A stretch of 64,000 bases of DNA from Candidatus Poribacteria bacterium (GCA_965208675.1 OZ242351.1:1280001-1344000); one strand, 5' to 3'. Shown: positions 40,818 to 51,616, numbered from the stretch's first letter. The notes: a model not told the origin generated them from the letters alone. Translations and numbers: made by a program.

Positions 40818-41020
40818 TCAAATGTGAAAGGAATGCGCAATTATGAAGTAAGATAAAATGCCAATAATATTGATTGAAGTCGTGACGAATGGCCCAGTTG
40901 CAATAGCGGGGTCAATCCGTATCCGCTTGAAACGAATTGGAATGACTGTTCCTATCGTGCTGGCGAGGGTCATATTGACACAGATTGACTAAGCGGCGGC
41001 AACTGTAAACCAACCCGCTT
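40818..41020 (-). pseudogene. mgtE: C-terminal remnant of MgtE magnesium transporter
   Basis: NMTLASTIGTVIPIRFKRIRIDPAIATGPFVTTSINIIGILSYF...*, preceded by an in-frame TAG. Confidence 0.75.
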
Positions 41021-41072
41021 CCATTCACCATTGAAGCGCTGTTAGTGATATCAATTTAATGAACGTTTTTAC

Positions 41073-42158
41073 CTATTTTTCAAATTTCTTCGCACGCTGT
41101 CGCAAAAAGTGATCGACCAGCACTAGCGAAGCCATTGCCTCGACTATCGGCACCGCACGAGGTAGCACACATGGATCATGCCGCCCGCGTGCGGACAAAA
41201 CAACAGGGTTGCCGTGGATGTCTACCGTTTCCTGCTCCTTGCGGATTGTCGCGGTCGGTTTGAAAGCCACCTGCAGACGGATATTCTCGCCGTTAGAAAT
41301 GCCACCTTGGGTGCCGCCAGAATTGTTCGTACGCGTGCGGATACGCCCTTTTTCTGTGTAAAATAAATCGTTATGCTGCGCTCCAGTCTTTGTCACGCCT
41401 TCAAAACCCGACCCGATTTGGAAACCCATTGTTGCCGGCAGGGACATCATCGCCTTACCCAAATCTGCCTTGAGCTTGTCAAATACCGGCTCTCCCAGTC
41501 CAATCGGGACGTTCCGCGACACTGACTCAATAATCCCCCCTAAGGAATCGCCGTCTCGCCGCGCTTCATCAATGCGTCGCTCCATTAGCTCACTAGCCTC
41601 GTGGTCTGGACATCTAATTATGCTGGATTCAATCGCATCAAGGGTCACCGTATCCGAATCGACATCGGCGGCGATCGTCTGAATCTGTTTTACGTAGGCG
41701 AGAATTTCCGTGCCGCACTGCTCACGCAAAATCTGTTTTGCAATTGCGCCTGCCGCGACACGTCCAATCGTTTCGCGTGCGCTCGCCCGGCCGCTCCCCT
41801 GCCAGTTGTGGATGCCGTACTTCTGACGATAGGTGAAGTCCGCATGTGACGGTCGATATATGTCCTTGAGGTGATCGTAGGCTGAGGGCTTCGCATCCTT
41901 GTTCCATACCAGCATGGAGATTGGAGTCCCAAGCGTCTGTCCCTCGAATACGCCTGATAAAATCTGCACCACATCCGACTCTTGGCGTGGAGTTGTAAGA
42001 TAGCTCTGTCCAGGACGGCGTCGATTGAGTTCCGCCTGAATGCCTTTGGCGTCGATTTTCAGTTGCGGCGGGCATCCATCAACCACAACGCCAATGGCAT
42101 CGCCGTGCGATTCGCCCCACGTCGTGATACGAAAAAGATGACCGAAGGTATTTCCCAC
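41073..42158 (-). CDS. aroC: Chorismate synthase
   Basis: TWGESHG, RRRPGQS, RPSHAD, RASARET, GGISNG, GRHDPC. Confidence 0.97.
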   Translation of the reverse strand: MGNTFGHLFRITTWGESHGDAIGVVVDGCPPQLKIDAKGIQAELNRRRPGQSYLTTPRQESDVVQILSGVFEGQTLGTPISMLVWNKDAKPSAYDHLKDIYRPSHADFTYRQKYGIHNWQGSGRASARETIGRVAAGAIAKQILREQCGTEILAYVKQIQTIAADVDSDTVTLDAIESSIIRCPDHEASELMERRIDEARRDGDSLGGIIESVSRNVPIGLGEPVFDKLKADLGKAMMSLPATMGFQIGSGFEGVTKTGAQHNDLFYTEKGRIRTRTNNSGGTQGGISNGENIRLQVAFKPTATIRKEQETVDIHGNPVVLSARGRHDPCVLPRAVPIVEAMASLVLVDHFLRQRAKKFEK

Positions 42159-42390
42159 CGTGATACCTCCAATCTAACTGATTGAGTTCCGTATTGATTG
42201 ATTCCCAAATTCCTACTTGACATAGCTTCGAAGATAATTTACTCTATTCACGAAATTTGACTTGCAATACTTTGGGAAATATAGCACATCATCGCCTGAA
42301 TATCAACTGAAAACCTTTGTTACCCCTTGAATCACCCAGCAAACGCCGACGTACCCAAGACCTTGCGGCGGAGTACTCCAGGAGACTGCA

Positions 42391-43089
42391 TTGATAAGGA
42401 AAATTTTCAATAGGATGCAACTAAGTTGGGTGCTCATCTTTATCCTCGTCGGCGTGCTCTGGAATTCACCGGTCGTATATCCGCTAAAAATTCTTGTGGT
42501 CTTTTTGCACGAACTCAGTCACGGAATTGCAGCAGTAGCGACGGGCGGGCGCATTGAAGAAATCGTCGTCGTACCGCAAGAAGGCGGGCATACCCTCACA
42601 ATAGGCGGCTCGCGATTCTGGACGCTTTCAGCCGGTTATCTCGGAAGTCTCGTGTGGGGCGGATTAATTCTCGTAATCGCTGCACGTACACACCTTGATA
42701 AGCTGCTCAGCGTAGTAATCGGTTCTGGTATGATTCTCGTTTCGATAGTCTACGGAGGAAACTGGTTCATCCGTCTATTCGGAATTGCGTTCGGCGGCGG
42801 GCTTATTCTCGTCGGCGGCTTACTCTCGGAGTCCATCAACGACTGGGTGCTTCGGGTCATCGGTTTTACCAGTTGTCTATATGCAATCCTAGACATAAAG
42901 AGTGACGTTCTGGATCGCAGCGGTGTGCGCTCAGATGCACGTATGCTCCATGAAGAACTCACCCCAATGATTCCAACCGTGGCGTGGGGTATACTCTGGA
43001 TTATCATCGCTATCATTGGCACCATCTTCTTCCTGTACGTGTCAGGCGGAAATCAGGCAAGTCCAAAAGTTGATGAAAACGACCATTGA
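42391..43089 (+). CDS. M50B-like membrane metallopeptidase
   Basis: LHELSHG, AGYLGS, SDA, several TM helices. Confidence 0.85.
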   Translation: MIRKIFNRMQLSWVLIFILVGVLWNSPVVYPLKILVVFLHELSHGIAAVATGGRIEEIVVVPQEGGHTLTIGGSRFWTLSAGYLGSLVWGGLILVIAARTHLDKLLSVVIGSGMILVSIVYGGNWFIRLFGIAFGGGLILVGGLLSESINDWVLRVIGFTSCLYAILDIKSDVLDRSGVRSDARMLHEELTPMIPTVAWGILWIIIAIIGTIFFLYVSGGNQASPKVDENDH

Positions 43090-43278
43090 GAGCGGGTGGA
43101 TCAGCGATACACGCGTATAGCGAACATCTTCAAGCTGGATGAGTCAGCAGGCATGCACCACAACGAACGACGTGCAAACGAGGTAGGGTTTGCGTGTTAA
43201 ACAGCTTTGGAAGGCCGCAGGCTGGTCTAGCATTGGTGAGAATTTACCGATTTCTCATCGTGCTGCTTTGGACTACTA

Positions 43279-44124
43279 TCAATCAGCGTTCTGATACTCC
43301 GGTGATTGCCTGAGCCACGGTTGAAAGAATTTCCGCTGGTCTTCATCGTAGCGCGCCCACGTCGTCGGTTGGATATACTGCAGTTCGTCCCAAGTAGCAA
43401 TGTTCTGTGACATCATCCAACCCGGACCGTAGCCCACGTGTAACGTCTTACGGGGTTCGCCCGACCGGTTAGTAAACCCGCCGTGCCGCAAGTTTTCGGT
43501 AAACACTATGGCGTCGCCCGAGTTCACTTCCAGTCCAATCATGCCGGGATCCTCGTCTACATGACATTGATAAGGTACCGGAAACTCCGACTTATGAGAG
43601 CCAGCTTCCACACAAAATGCTCCGTCCGTGTTGCTAACATCGTGAGTGAAGTAGATAAAACGCACCATCATGCAATCAATCCCCTTTGCATTCACCGAGT
43701 AGCGGTATTTGTAACTTCGGCAATATCCCCCGCCATGGGTACTGCTGCAATTGCCGGGATATCGTATGCGCAACTCGGAGTTGTTGATGCCGATTTCTTC
43801 CTGCACAAGGCTGGAAATATAGGAATTGGTCTTGGGATGGTTGACGAGGAAATCGAACGCCGAATCGAAATTGAAAAAGTCTTCAATAATGAATGTCTGG
43901 CCGTATTGGTGGCCCCCCGTAACGTGGTACCCGCGCTCTGCATTGAGATGATACTCGCTGCCAAAATTCCCGCTTTTGCGCGGCTCTAACTGGTAATGCT
44001 CCATAGCATGCTGTTCCAATGAATCAATTGCCAGTCTTAATCGGCTGACCTCTTCGTCAGTTAGAAAATTTCGCAGTACCAGAAAGCCCTGACGGTCAAA
44101 TTCGTACTGTTCCGTCTCCGTCAC
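43279..44124 (-). CDS. PhyH-family Fe(II)/2OG dioxygenase with HxG motif
   Basis: FDRQGFLVL, STHGGG, GSHKS, GDAIVFTENLRHG. Confidence 0.85.
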   Translation of the reverse strand: MTETEQYEFDRQGFLVLRNFLTDEEVSRLRLAIDSLEQHAMEHYQLEPRKSGNFGSEYHLNAERGYHVTGGHQYGQTFIIEDFFNFDSAFDFLVNHPKTNSYISSLVQEEIGINNSELRIRYPGNCSSTHGGGYCRSYKYRYSVNAKGIDCMMVRFIYFTHDVSNTDGAFCVEAGSHKSEFPVPYQCHVDEDPGMIGLEVNSGDAIVFTENLRHGGFTNRSGEPRKTLHVGYGPGWMMSQNIATWDELQYIQPTTWARYDEDQRKFFQPWLRQSPEYQNAD

Positions 44125-44394
44125 TTTTTACCTACTCCTATGCTAATTCATTGTGCCTGACAACATTATTGAGGCAACCTGTGTCCGGTCTTATTCTTAA
44201 ACATTATACCACAGGCTTGACACAGCCCCCAAATGAAGTTATTCTTTTAGCGCGTGGTTATAGTCGTGTCAGTATGTCCAAGATTATTCGACATTCTCAT
44301 CACGCACCCATCATGAACGCCAAAACCTCCGCTGAAAAGCTGATGTTATTAGGCACACGTTGAACTGAATCAAACCAAAACTGGAGCGGCTCCG

Positions 44395-46137
44395 ATTCGT
44401 AGTTTACTTCGCTTAAACAAATACGTCGTCCACTACCGGCTTCAAATCATCTTCAGCTTCATGCTAGTTCTAGTAACGAACGGGCTTCTACTGGTTAGCC
44501 CTAAAATCCTGGAGCTGGTCTTCGATGACTTGGAGAAATCCATTACCCCGCGGAAGGTTTTTCTCTATGCTCTCCTCATTTTCGCAGTCGCCCTCGGCGG
44601 CGGTGCAATTCTCTTCGCACAGCGCCGTATCATAAACGGTATCGCTAGGCGAATCGAATACCATCTGCGCAACGATTTCTTCACCCACCTTCAGAAACTG
44701 TCGGCGGCTTACTATAATCGTGTCGATACCGGCGATTTGATGGCGAGAGCGACAAGCGATATTAATGCAGTCCGCATGGTGCTCAGCAACGCAATCATGT
44801 TCACGGCGGATGGTATCGTCTTTTTTGCCATGGCGTTCGTCATAATGCTAAGAATTGATGTGACCTTGACCCTGCTCGCCGTGCTCCCATACCCCATTCT
44901 CGCACTTCTGATTCGAGAACTAGGAAAGCGTATCTATAGAAGTTACGAACGGATTCAGGAATCGTTTGCAACCATGAATACGAAAGTCCAGGAAAACCTC
45001 TCCGGCGTGCGCGTTGTCAAAGCATATACCCTTGAAAAGAGTGAAATTGACAAGTTCCGCGAACTCAACCAGAAATTTGTGGATTGCAACCGAGCACAAA
45101 TTCGTCTCTTCTCCGTGTTCTTTCCACTATTCCGGTGTCTGCCGGGAATTGGTCATGTCGTTCTTCTCTATTTGGGCGGAATCCGTGTCATTGAAGAACA
45201 GATTACATTCGGTGAATTTGTGGCGCTCCTCGCATATTTAATACTTCTTGTCCGTCCGATGATTCGACTCGGCTTCGTTGTCAACGCTTTTGAACGGGGC
45301 GCGGCATCAATGGAAAGAATAAGCAAAATTCTCGATGAACAACCAGAAATTTTCGATGGCGAGAAAGTGAAGCGCGGCATAGAGTCCATTCAGGGTGGCA
45401 TTGAATTTAGAAATCTCAATTTTGCCTATCCTGACGGCGCGCCCGTACTCAGAAATATCAACCTGAAAGTCGATCAGGGAAGGACTGTTGCTATTGTCGG
45501 TCCGACAGGCTGCGGAAAAACAACGCTTGTCAACCTAATCCCCCGCATCTACGAAGCCGACCGGGGAACTGTTTTCATTGACGGCGTGGACGTTCAGGAC
45601 ATTCCCGTGCAGGCGCTGCGGTCAAATATCGGATTCGTTGAACAGGAACCGTTCCTCTTTTCCGGTACGCTGCGAAATAACATCGCCTACGGCGTGGATA
45701 ACGCGGGCGGCGCCGAGGTTAATGGTGTCGTGCGTACTGCCGATCTACAGGGACAAATCGAGGAGTTTCCCGATGGGCTAGACACTTACTTGGGTGAGCG
45801 GGGAATCACAATCTCTGGCGGACAGAGACAGCGGACTGCGCTCGCACGAGCCATCGCAATCCATCCGAAAATCCTCATCTTGGACAGCGCATTTGCCAAT
45901 GTAGACACGCACACGGAAGACACCATCCTAAGTCGTTTAAAGGAGGTCATGGAGAATCGAACCACCATCATCATTTCTCATCGAATCTCCACCGTCAAGT
46001 CAGCCGATTTCATCATTGTTATGAAGAATGGCGAAATCGTTGAACGCGGCACCCACGACACTCTCCTCGAACGCAACGGAATCTACACGGGCATCTACGA
46101 AAAACAACTCCTTCAAGAAGAGCTAGACTCCCTTTAA
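44395..46137 (+). CDS. ABC exporter (TMD+NBD); start probably upstream of ATG 44461
   Basis: TGDLMAR, ENLSGVRVVK, GPTGCGKT, ISGGQRQR, ISHRIST; frame open upstream as IRSLLRLNKY. Confidence 0.9.
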   Translation: MRSLLRLNKYVVHYRLQIIFSFMLVLVTNGLLLVSPKILELVFDDLEKSITPRKVFLYALLIFAVALGGGAILFAQRRIINGIARRIEYHLRNDFFTHLQKLSAAYYNRVDTGDLMARATSDINAVRMVLSNAIMFTADGIVFFAMAFVIMLRIDVTLTLLAVLPYPILALLIRELGKRIYRSYERIQESFATMNTKVQENLSGVRVVKAYTLEKSEIDKFRELNQKFVDCNRAQIRLFSVFFPLFRCLPGIGHVVLLYLGGIRVIEEQITFGEFVALLAYLILLVRPMIRLGFVVNAFERGAASMERISKILDEQPEIFDGEKVKRGIESIQGGIEFRNLNFAYPDGAPVLRNINLKVDQGRTVAIVGPTGCGKTTLVNLIPRIYEADRGTVFIDGVDVQDIPVQALRSNIGFVEQEPFLFSGTLRNNIAYGVDNAGGAEVNGVVRTADLQGQIEEFPDGLDTYLGERGITISGGQRQRTALARAIAIHPKILILDSAFANVDTHTEDTILSRLKEVMENRTTIIISHRISTVKSADFIIVMKNGEIVERGTHDTLLERNGIYTGIYEKQLLQEELDSL

Positions 46138-46185
46138 TGCGAAGTTCTTATCTTTAACAAGAAGGTGTTTGTTTTTGCAGGCTCG

Positions 46186-46457
46186 GTAGGAGCGATCTCC
46201 GAATCGCGACACACACTTCCTCAATCACAGTTCTTGTAGGTTGGGTAGAGCGGGTAGTATCAAAACCGTTCCGATAGCATTAACCGTCCAGAACACTAAA
46301 CATTGCACTTTGTCTATTACATGTAGCGAAACCCAACGATCAACTGAGCGAATAGCGAAGGCGATTGTCTTCAGCATTAAAACCTCCTGACAACCAAATG
46401 ATTACCTGCTCCCGTAATTACACCCCATCATTTAATCACACGAATCACACTTCAACC
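46186..46457 (+). repeat. Composite repeat: REP-A, short AATC unit, split REP-B, AATC tract
   Basis: REP-A 46186-46210; GTAGGTTGGGTAGAGCGG-69nt-GTAGCGAAACCCAAC 46236-46337; AATC tract 46416-46457. Confidence 0.85.
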
Positions 46458-46478
46458 AGTCTCATTACCATAATCTCA

Positions 46479-47387
46479 TCAATCAATATACTCATAATCC
46501 CACGTTTGCGTCCAATTCGGAAGGTAACCTTCGGTCTCCTCAAACCCGTAGGACCTCGCAATTTGGCGGGAATGCACGTGCGGCCACGCCTGTCCGCCGA
46601 TTAATCGAAATTCGTCTCCCTTGCCGGATAGCCAATAGAACATATGCGCAATATATCTGGATAACTGATGCCCTCCGTAATAAGCTGTCTGAAAGTCGAA
46701 GTCGGGCTCAACAATCCAATCCCGTGTCGGCGGTACGGTTCGCCAGTAATTATATTTCAGCATATGGCGCACGCCCTCTATTGTAGATTCGCCCTTGCGG
46801 TGCAAAATACTTTGATGATGGACGATAAGTGATCCCGCCGGTGCGGCGGTTGCAATCCCTTTGTCCCCCGCATGCCACGGCTGAGGACGCAGATGTGACT
46901 CCGGCACAATCCCGGTAGGTCCCAATTCCACGGGCGTGTCCTGAGGATAATAAAACACTTCGACAAAGTTGACTTCCGGCCCAAATATGCAGTCGTGGTC
47001 TTGATGCCAATTCTGAGGCGGTCCCGGACATTGGGCGCGGTGATGGCTAACTAGTATCGGCAAGCCGATGTGCCGCCCCAGTAGCGACCGCAATACACCC
47101 GATAATTGCGGATTGAGTAACGCATGTTCAATAAACCAATCCTCAAGCAGAAGCGTGCTATTCGTGGCTTTACGAATTCGCTCCAAATCTTCAGTTGTCA
47201 TCCCTTCCGGAATGTAACTCGGATTAGCCGGCAGCCTACCTTCCAAATATTCAATCGCCCGCAGATTGATTTCATCGGGCACCACACTCTCCAAAATCAG
47301 ATACCCACTGCGGCAAAATTCGAGCACCTGTGAATCCGTTAGTGTCGGTTCACAGTCAAACGTCCTATTCTCTTTATCGTATTTCAT
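46479..47387 (-). CDS. PhyH-family dioxygenase
   Basis: GYLILE, WHQD, GPTGIVPESH, ILHR. Confidence 0.85.
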   Translation of the reverse strand: MKYDKENRTFDCEPTLTDSQVLEFCRSGYLILESVVPDEINLRAIEYLEGRLPANPSYIPEGMTTEDLERIRKATNSTLLLEDWFIEHALLNPQLSGVLRSLLGRHIGLPILVSHHRAQCPGPPQNWHQDHDCIFGPEVNFVEVFYYPQDTPVELGPTGIVPESHLRPQPWHAGDKGIATAAPAGSLIVHHQSILHRKGESTIEGVRHMLKYNYWRTVPPTRDWIVEPDFDFQTAYYGGHQLSRYIAHMFYWLSGKGDEFRLIGGQAWPHVHSRQIARSYGFEETEGYLPNWTQTWDYEYID

Positions 47388-47515
47388 TTGTGTTCCCCTC
47401 CATGGTTGTAAAGCATTTGCGGTAAATAACTAACGTTAATGATGCAGGCCGCTATCAAAATTAAGTCTCATTCACACCGCCGCGTAATAATACAAAGAAT
47501 TTCAACATCCGTTTC

Positions 47516-49129
47516 TCATAAGCGGAATTCCCGCAAATAACGCAACTGGAATTCCAACTCATTGCTCCGTTTTCGAACGCCAATCTGATGCGCTTCATTC
47601 CGCGTGATTGCATACTGGTAAACGATGTCCAACTGCCATGATCTCAGCGGTTCGTAGACTAGCCGAAATCCCGCGCCGTCTCGGCGTTCAACCACCCCGG
47701 ACGGAAAAGGAATCGATTCAGAATCCTCGCTGCGAAACCGGTCCGCAACGCCCGCCTCGCCCTGACGCTCGAATTCGTAGAAAACGCTAATGAATGTATC
47801 GGCGTTGATTAGGTATCCTCCCTCCAAATAGAAGGTATCCGCATCTGTGCCGATGCGATGACCGATGAAAGATCCGAAATGTGTGAACTGATTTTCTTGC
47901 ACGAGGTGCGTATACGCCCAACGATTCACGCGGGCGTACTCGACGCGAACGCTCAGTTTTTTTGATGTGAGCAAACCGTTGCATTCCAGTCCCGCTAACC
48001 ACGCAACTGCGTTTGGGTCGTTGGTATCCGCGTACTGAAAATCGTCAATTAACCACTCGCCGTACAATCGCGCCCCATCAATTGGGCGAATCGCCCCTTC
48101 CAACAGAAACATAACATTATCGTCGGAATCGGAGTTGTATTGGCTCGCGTAATACGGCAGAATCGGATTCAGGTACTGCCATTCAACATCTCTTGCATTA
48201 CCGCCGTACAGGATAAACTCGGAAATACCAACTTCAATTCGGTCGTTCACCTGCCAATCCAGCCGGTGCCCCGCAAGATACCGATTCGCAAGGTAACGCC
48301 GCGTTGGACCGTCCTGATCATGCCACATCTGATCCAACTGCGCCGTGAACGCCGTGCCTTTTACCCGCCCAAACTGTCCCGTTAACAGGATGAGGTCAAA
48401 CGGCGGTGAGTTGTCAGAAATTCCAACCGCCCCGCGAAATCCCGTACCCCAAAAGATTTGGTCCCGCCCAATTTTTACATCAATTTGAGAGACCGGAAAT
48501 CGTAAGTAGACTCGTTTGAAGTCCGCAGTATAACCGCTGTGCCACGACTTTATGCGTCTGGAAGTCGATTTCGATTCAATAGGATATTTTTCTGCAAACT
48601 TCCCAACCTCGAATTCTTGATACAGCGTAATTCGCCTGCCTACGTCATAATGGAAAGCCCCTTCGTACGCGGGCGAAATCCGCGAATTCGTTCTTGGCGT
48701 GCGCAACTGTACTGCCCCGCGCATACGCAGTTGATGCCCGGTTTTCTGCTTGGATAGGATGCCAAGTTCCCGCGCAAACTCTCGCTTTAATTTATCAAGC
48801 AGATGAACGTGGATTAGCGCCGGATTCACACGACAATCGGCAATTCGTTCGTCCGCGCGGCCAATCACTTCCGCAACCTCCCAGCGCGTGCGGGGTCGCG
48901 TGTGCCGATGAAAACCGCCCGTTACGCCATCGGTTTCCAACTTCTCTAGTGCAGAATCTACCCAACCGTCAAAATGAAGCGTTGTATTTGGAATGGCGTT
49001 AGTAGATTTTGGTGCGAAGAAGGCGCTGACGCCAATAAAAACAAGAAAGCCAACAAACGGACGCGCTCCCGCGCCGAAAAGCCGTTTTTGGAGTGTGGAG
49101 CGTGGGAGTGAATATAGAAGCCGTTTCAT
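47516..49129 (-). CDS. Capsule assembly Wzi-family outer-membrane protein
   Basis: IGRDQIFWG, SDNSPPFD, RYLAGHRL, LYGEWLIDD. Confidence 0.75.
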   Translation of the reverse strand: MKRLLYSLPRSTLQKRLFGAGARPFVGFLVFIGVSAFFAPKSTNAIPNTTLHFDGWVDSALEKLETDGVTGGFHRHTRPRTRWEVAEVIGRADERIADCRVNPALIHVHLLDKLKREFARELGILSKQKTGHQLRMRGAVQLRTPRTNSRISPAYEGAFHYDVGRRITLYQEFEVGKFAEKYPIESKSTSRRIKSWHSGYTADFKRVYLRFPVSQIDVKIGRDQIFWGTGFRGAVGISDNSPPFDLILLTGQFGRVKGTAFTAQLDQMWHDQDGPTRRYLANRYLAGHRLDWQVNDRIEVGISEFILYGGNARDVEWQYLNPILPYYASQYNSDSDDNVMFLLEGAIRPIDGARLYGEWLIDDFQYADTNDPNAVAWLAGLECNGLLTSKKLSVRVEYARVNRWAYTHLVQENQFTHFGSFIGHRIGTDADTFYLEGGYLINADTFISVFYEFERQGEAGVADRFRSEDSESIPFPSGVVERRDGAGFRLVYEPLRSWQLDIVYQYAITRNEAHQIGVRKRSNELEFQLRYLREFRL

Positions 49130-49234
49130 CGCATATCAGCTTAATCGAATTTCGGACAAAAGTCAAACACGATTACCACCCGGTTTCCGCCGCTCAAGCC
49201 TACCCGCCAGGTCTCGCACCTTGCGCACCCAACT

Positions 49235-51616
49235 TTAGTTGTCTTCCGCGAGTTTTGGGTTATTGAGTTTGATTGTCGTGTATCGGTCCTCCCCCTCTAC
49301 AATCTGGATAAACTGATTCGACGGAACATTGTGAAATATCTGTGTCTTGCCAGTAGTTGGCCAAAATATCTCTAAACGCTCAATGTTCGATGCTTTTCCT
49401 AAGCCGATGGCTTGCCGTAACGGATTCGCACCAAAAGTGCCGCCGCTGTTAACATGCTTGTAGATAGAGCGGCGATCCCCGTTTTCGACGACGTTTGCAC
49501 AGATGCGCGCACCTATTGCCGATCGGTTCGTTTGAACGCCGATGAGTTTTATCGTAATCCAATGATTATCGAAACCCGGATTTTCATACAACACGTTATT
49601 GTATGCGTCGCCCGGGAGTGCACCGCCCATCTGCTCAAAGACTTCCTGATCGCCGTCGTTGTCAAGGTCAGCGAAGACCGCCCCGTGCCCTTTCTGCACG
49701 TGGCTGAACCCGCCCGAAACACTCACGTCTACGAACCGATTCCCGCCCTGATTCCGGCACATCACGTTCGGCATTATATTCTCATAGTCCGGGTATCCGG
49801 TGCCAAGATAAAAATCCAGGTAGCCGTCGTTGTCCAAATCCCCGAAGTTAGACCCCATCGGCGCCGTGGGGCGAATCAAGTTATATTGCCGTGCGACTTC
49901 ATCAAATCCCCCGACGCCGTTCCCCCGGTAAAGACACGCAAATTCAGTTTCCACAGGTATATCAAGCCAACTCGCCGCAAGGTGTTCGATGTTGGCGGAA
50001 TATGCCGACACATACAAATCAAGTCTCCCGTCATTGTCAAAGTCCCAAAACCACGCAGGAAAGCTGACCTCGGGTAGGTCAACCTTCAGTTTTCGCGCGA
50101 CATTCGTAAATGTGCCGTTCCTATTGTTGTGATATAGTCGATTCCCGCCTTTATAATTGGATATGTACAAATCTAGCCAACCATCGCCATCGTAGTCTCC
50201 CCAGATAACAGATTTCGAGAACCGATAATTCCGTACGCCCGCCTTTGCAGCCACATCGGTAAATGTCCCGTCGCCGTTGTTGCGAAACAGTTGGCACGGC
50301 GCACGCAGCGCTTTGGAAGATTCGTTGCCAATGTACAAATCGAGATAACCGTCATTGTCGTAGTCGCCCCAAGACGCTGTCCCGCTGGGATAATGCGCCG
50401 TCCCCAGACCCGCTTCGAAAGTGACATCCGTGAATGTGCCATCCCCGTTATTGCGCAGTAAGGAGTTCGGGTGTTGTCCTTCGTTCTCAATCCATGCGCC
50501 GCGCAGCACCAGGATATCAGTGTCTCCATCGTTGTCATAGTCCGCTTGAACCATGTTCAACCCGCCGTATAGTCCAATCAGCCCCGTTTCCATTGTCCGT
50601 TCCGTGAACGTCCCGTCCTGGTTGTTTCCGAAAAAGCGAAGCTGCCCGTCGGTATCCCAGGTCGATGTCACAATATCAAGGTAGTCATCATTGTCAAAAT
50701 CGTCGATAATCGCGCCGCCTGACAAATCGAACGTATCCAGCCCAAGTCGCGGCGCAACATTCGCAAAGCGTGGAATTTCTTCCTCCGATTCAAACGCTTT
50801 CCGCGGAATAAGATAAGACTCGGGCACCCGCTCGGGATAGCCCCCGATAGTCATATACGCAATGTTAATCAACCATTGGGCGCCCAGATGAAGTGACGCC
50901 TGTTGCGGTGTTCGTTGGAGCACCTCCCCGAAAAATGCAATCGCTTTTAGAGAAGATTCTTGCTGCGTATGAATTCCGCCGCCTCGTAGTGGTAAAATAC
51001 AGCTCTCCGGTTTGTTGCGTAGGCAGCAATTCTCTGTTTCGCCGCGCCGCATGTAAGCCACGCCAAGGCGATAGTGAGTATGATTTAATACCTCCACCGG
51101 AACCGCATCCTGTTGTGTCCGTGTGAGGTGAAGTGCGCGCTCAAGATAGTCAATTCCTTCGAGTTCATGCCCCAAGTGGAGTAATTCGTGTCCCAATTGC
51201 ATATAAGCCATCCATTTCGTCCGATCGGATGTTCCGGTCGGAAACTCGGCAATCTGCTTACGAAGCGTGCGCGCCTTTGCATCTCCTAGGAAAGAGTTTT
51301 CGTCCGGCGTTTCATCTGCAATCTGTTGCAACAATCTCAGCATCCGTTGGTGGCCTGGCGATGATGTAAAGGAAGATTTCTCAGGAGGCTCTGATACCTC
51401 CGCCCTCAAAGCCGCCGATGCTGTACCATTTTCGCTAGAGGAGCCCTCACCTGCCGCAGGCGAACTTCCCATGCCAACACCCGCCGTCCAGAGGACAGTT
51501 AGCGCTCCCAAAACCACTCGACAAGATAAGAATGCCGTTGGCCGTAATCGATCAGATTTATCCAACACGCCGCGATGTGGAGATGTTTCAATGTTGCGGA
51601 ACTTGAATTTCGCCAT
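49235..51616 (-). CDS. CRTAC1/ASPIC-UnbV FG-GAP repeat protein with TPR-like N-terminal part
   Basis: Repeated DxDNDGxLD / NNGDGTFTDV, NRSAIGAR, IFWP. Confidence 0.9.
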   Translation of the reverse strand: MAKFKFRNIETSPHRGVLDKSDRLRPTAFLSCRVVLGALTVLWTAGVGMGSSPAAGEGSSSENGTASAALRAEVSEPPEKSSFTSSPGHQRMLRLLQQIADETPDENSFLGDAKARTLRKQIAEFPTGTSDRTKWMAYMQLGHELLHLGHELEGIDYLERALHLTRTQQDAVPVEVLNHTHYRLGVAYMRRGETENCCLRNKPESCILPLRGGGIHTQQESSLKAIAFFGEVLQRTPQQASLHLGAQWLINIAYMTIGGYPERVPESYLIPRKAFESEEEIPRFANVAPRLGLDTFDLSGGAIIDDFDNDDYLDIVTSTWDTDGQLRFFGNNQDGTFTERTMETGLIGLYGGLNMVQADYDNDGDTDILVLRGAWIENEGQHPNSLLRNNGDGTFTDVTFEAGLGTAHYPSGTASWGDYDNDGYLDLYIGNESSKALRAPCQLFRNNGDGTFTDVAAKAGVRNYRFSKSVIWGDYDGDGWLDLYISNYKGGNRLYHNNRNGTFTNVARKLKVDLPEVSFPAWFWDFDNDGRLDLYVSAYSANIEHLAASWLDIPVETEFACLYRGNGVGGFDEVARQYNLIRPTAPMGSNFGDLDNDGYLDFYLGTGYPDYENIMPNVMCRNQGGNRFVDVSVSGGFSHVQKGHGAVFADLDNDGDQEVFEQMGGALPGDAYNNVLYENPGFDNHWITIKLIGVQTNRSAIGARICANVVENGDRRSIYKHVNSGGTFGANPLRQAIGLGKASNIERLEIFWPTTGKTQIFHNVPSNQFIQIVEGEDRYTTIKLNNPKLAEDN

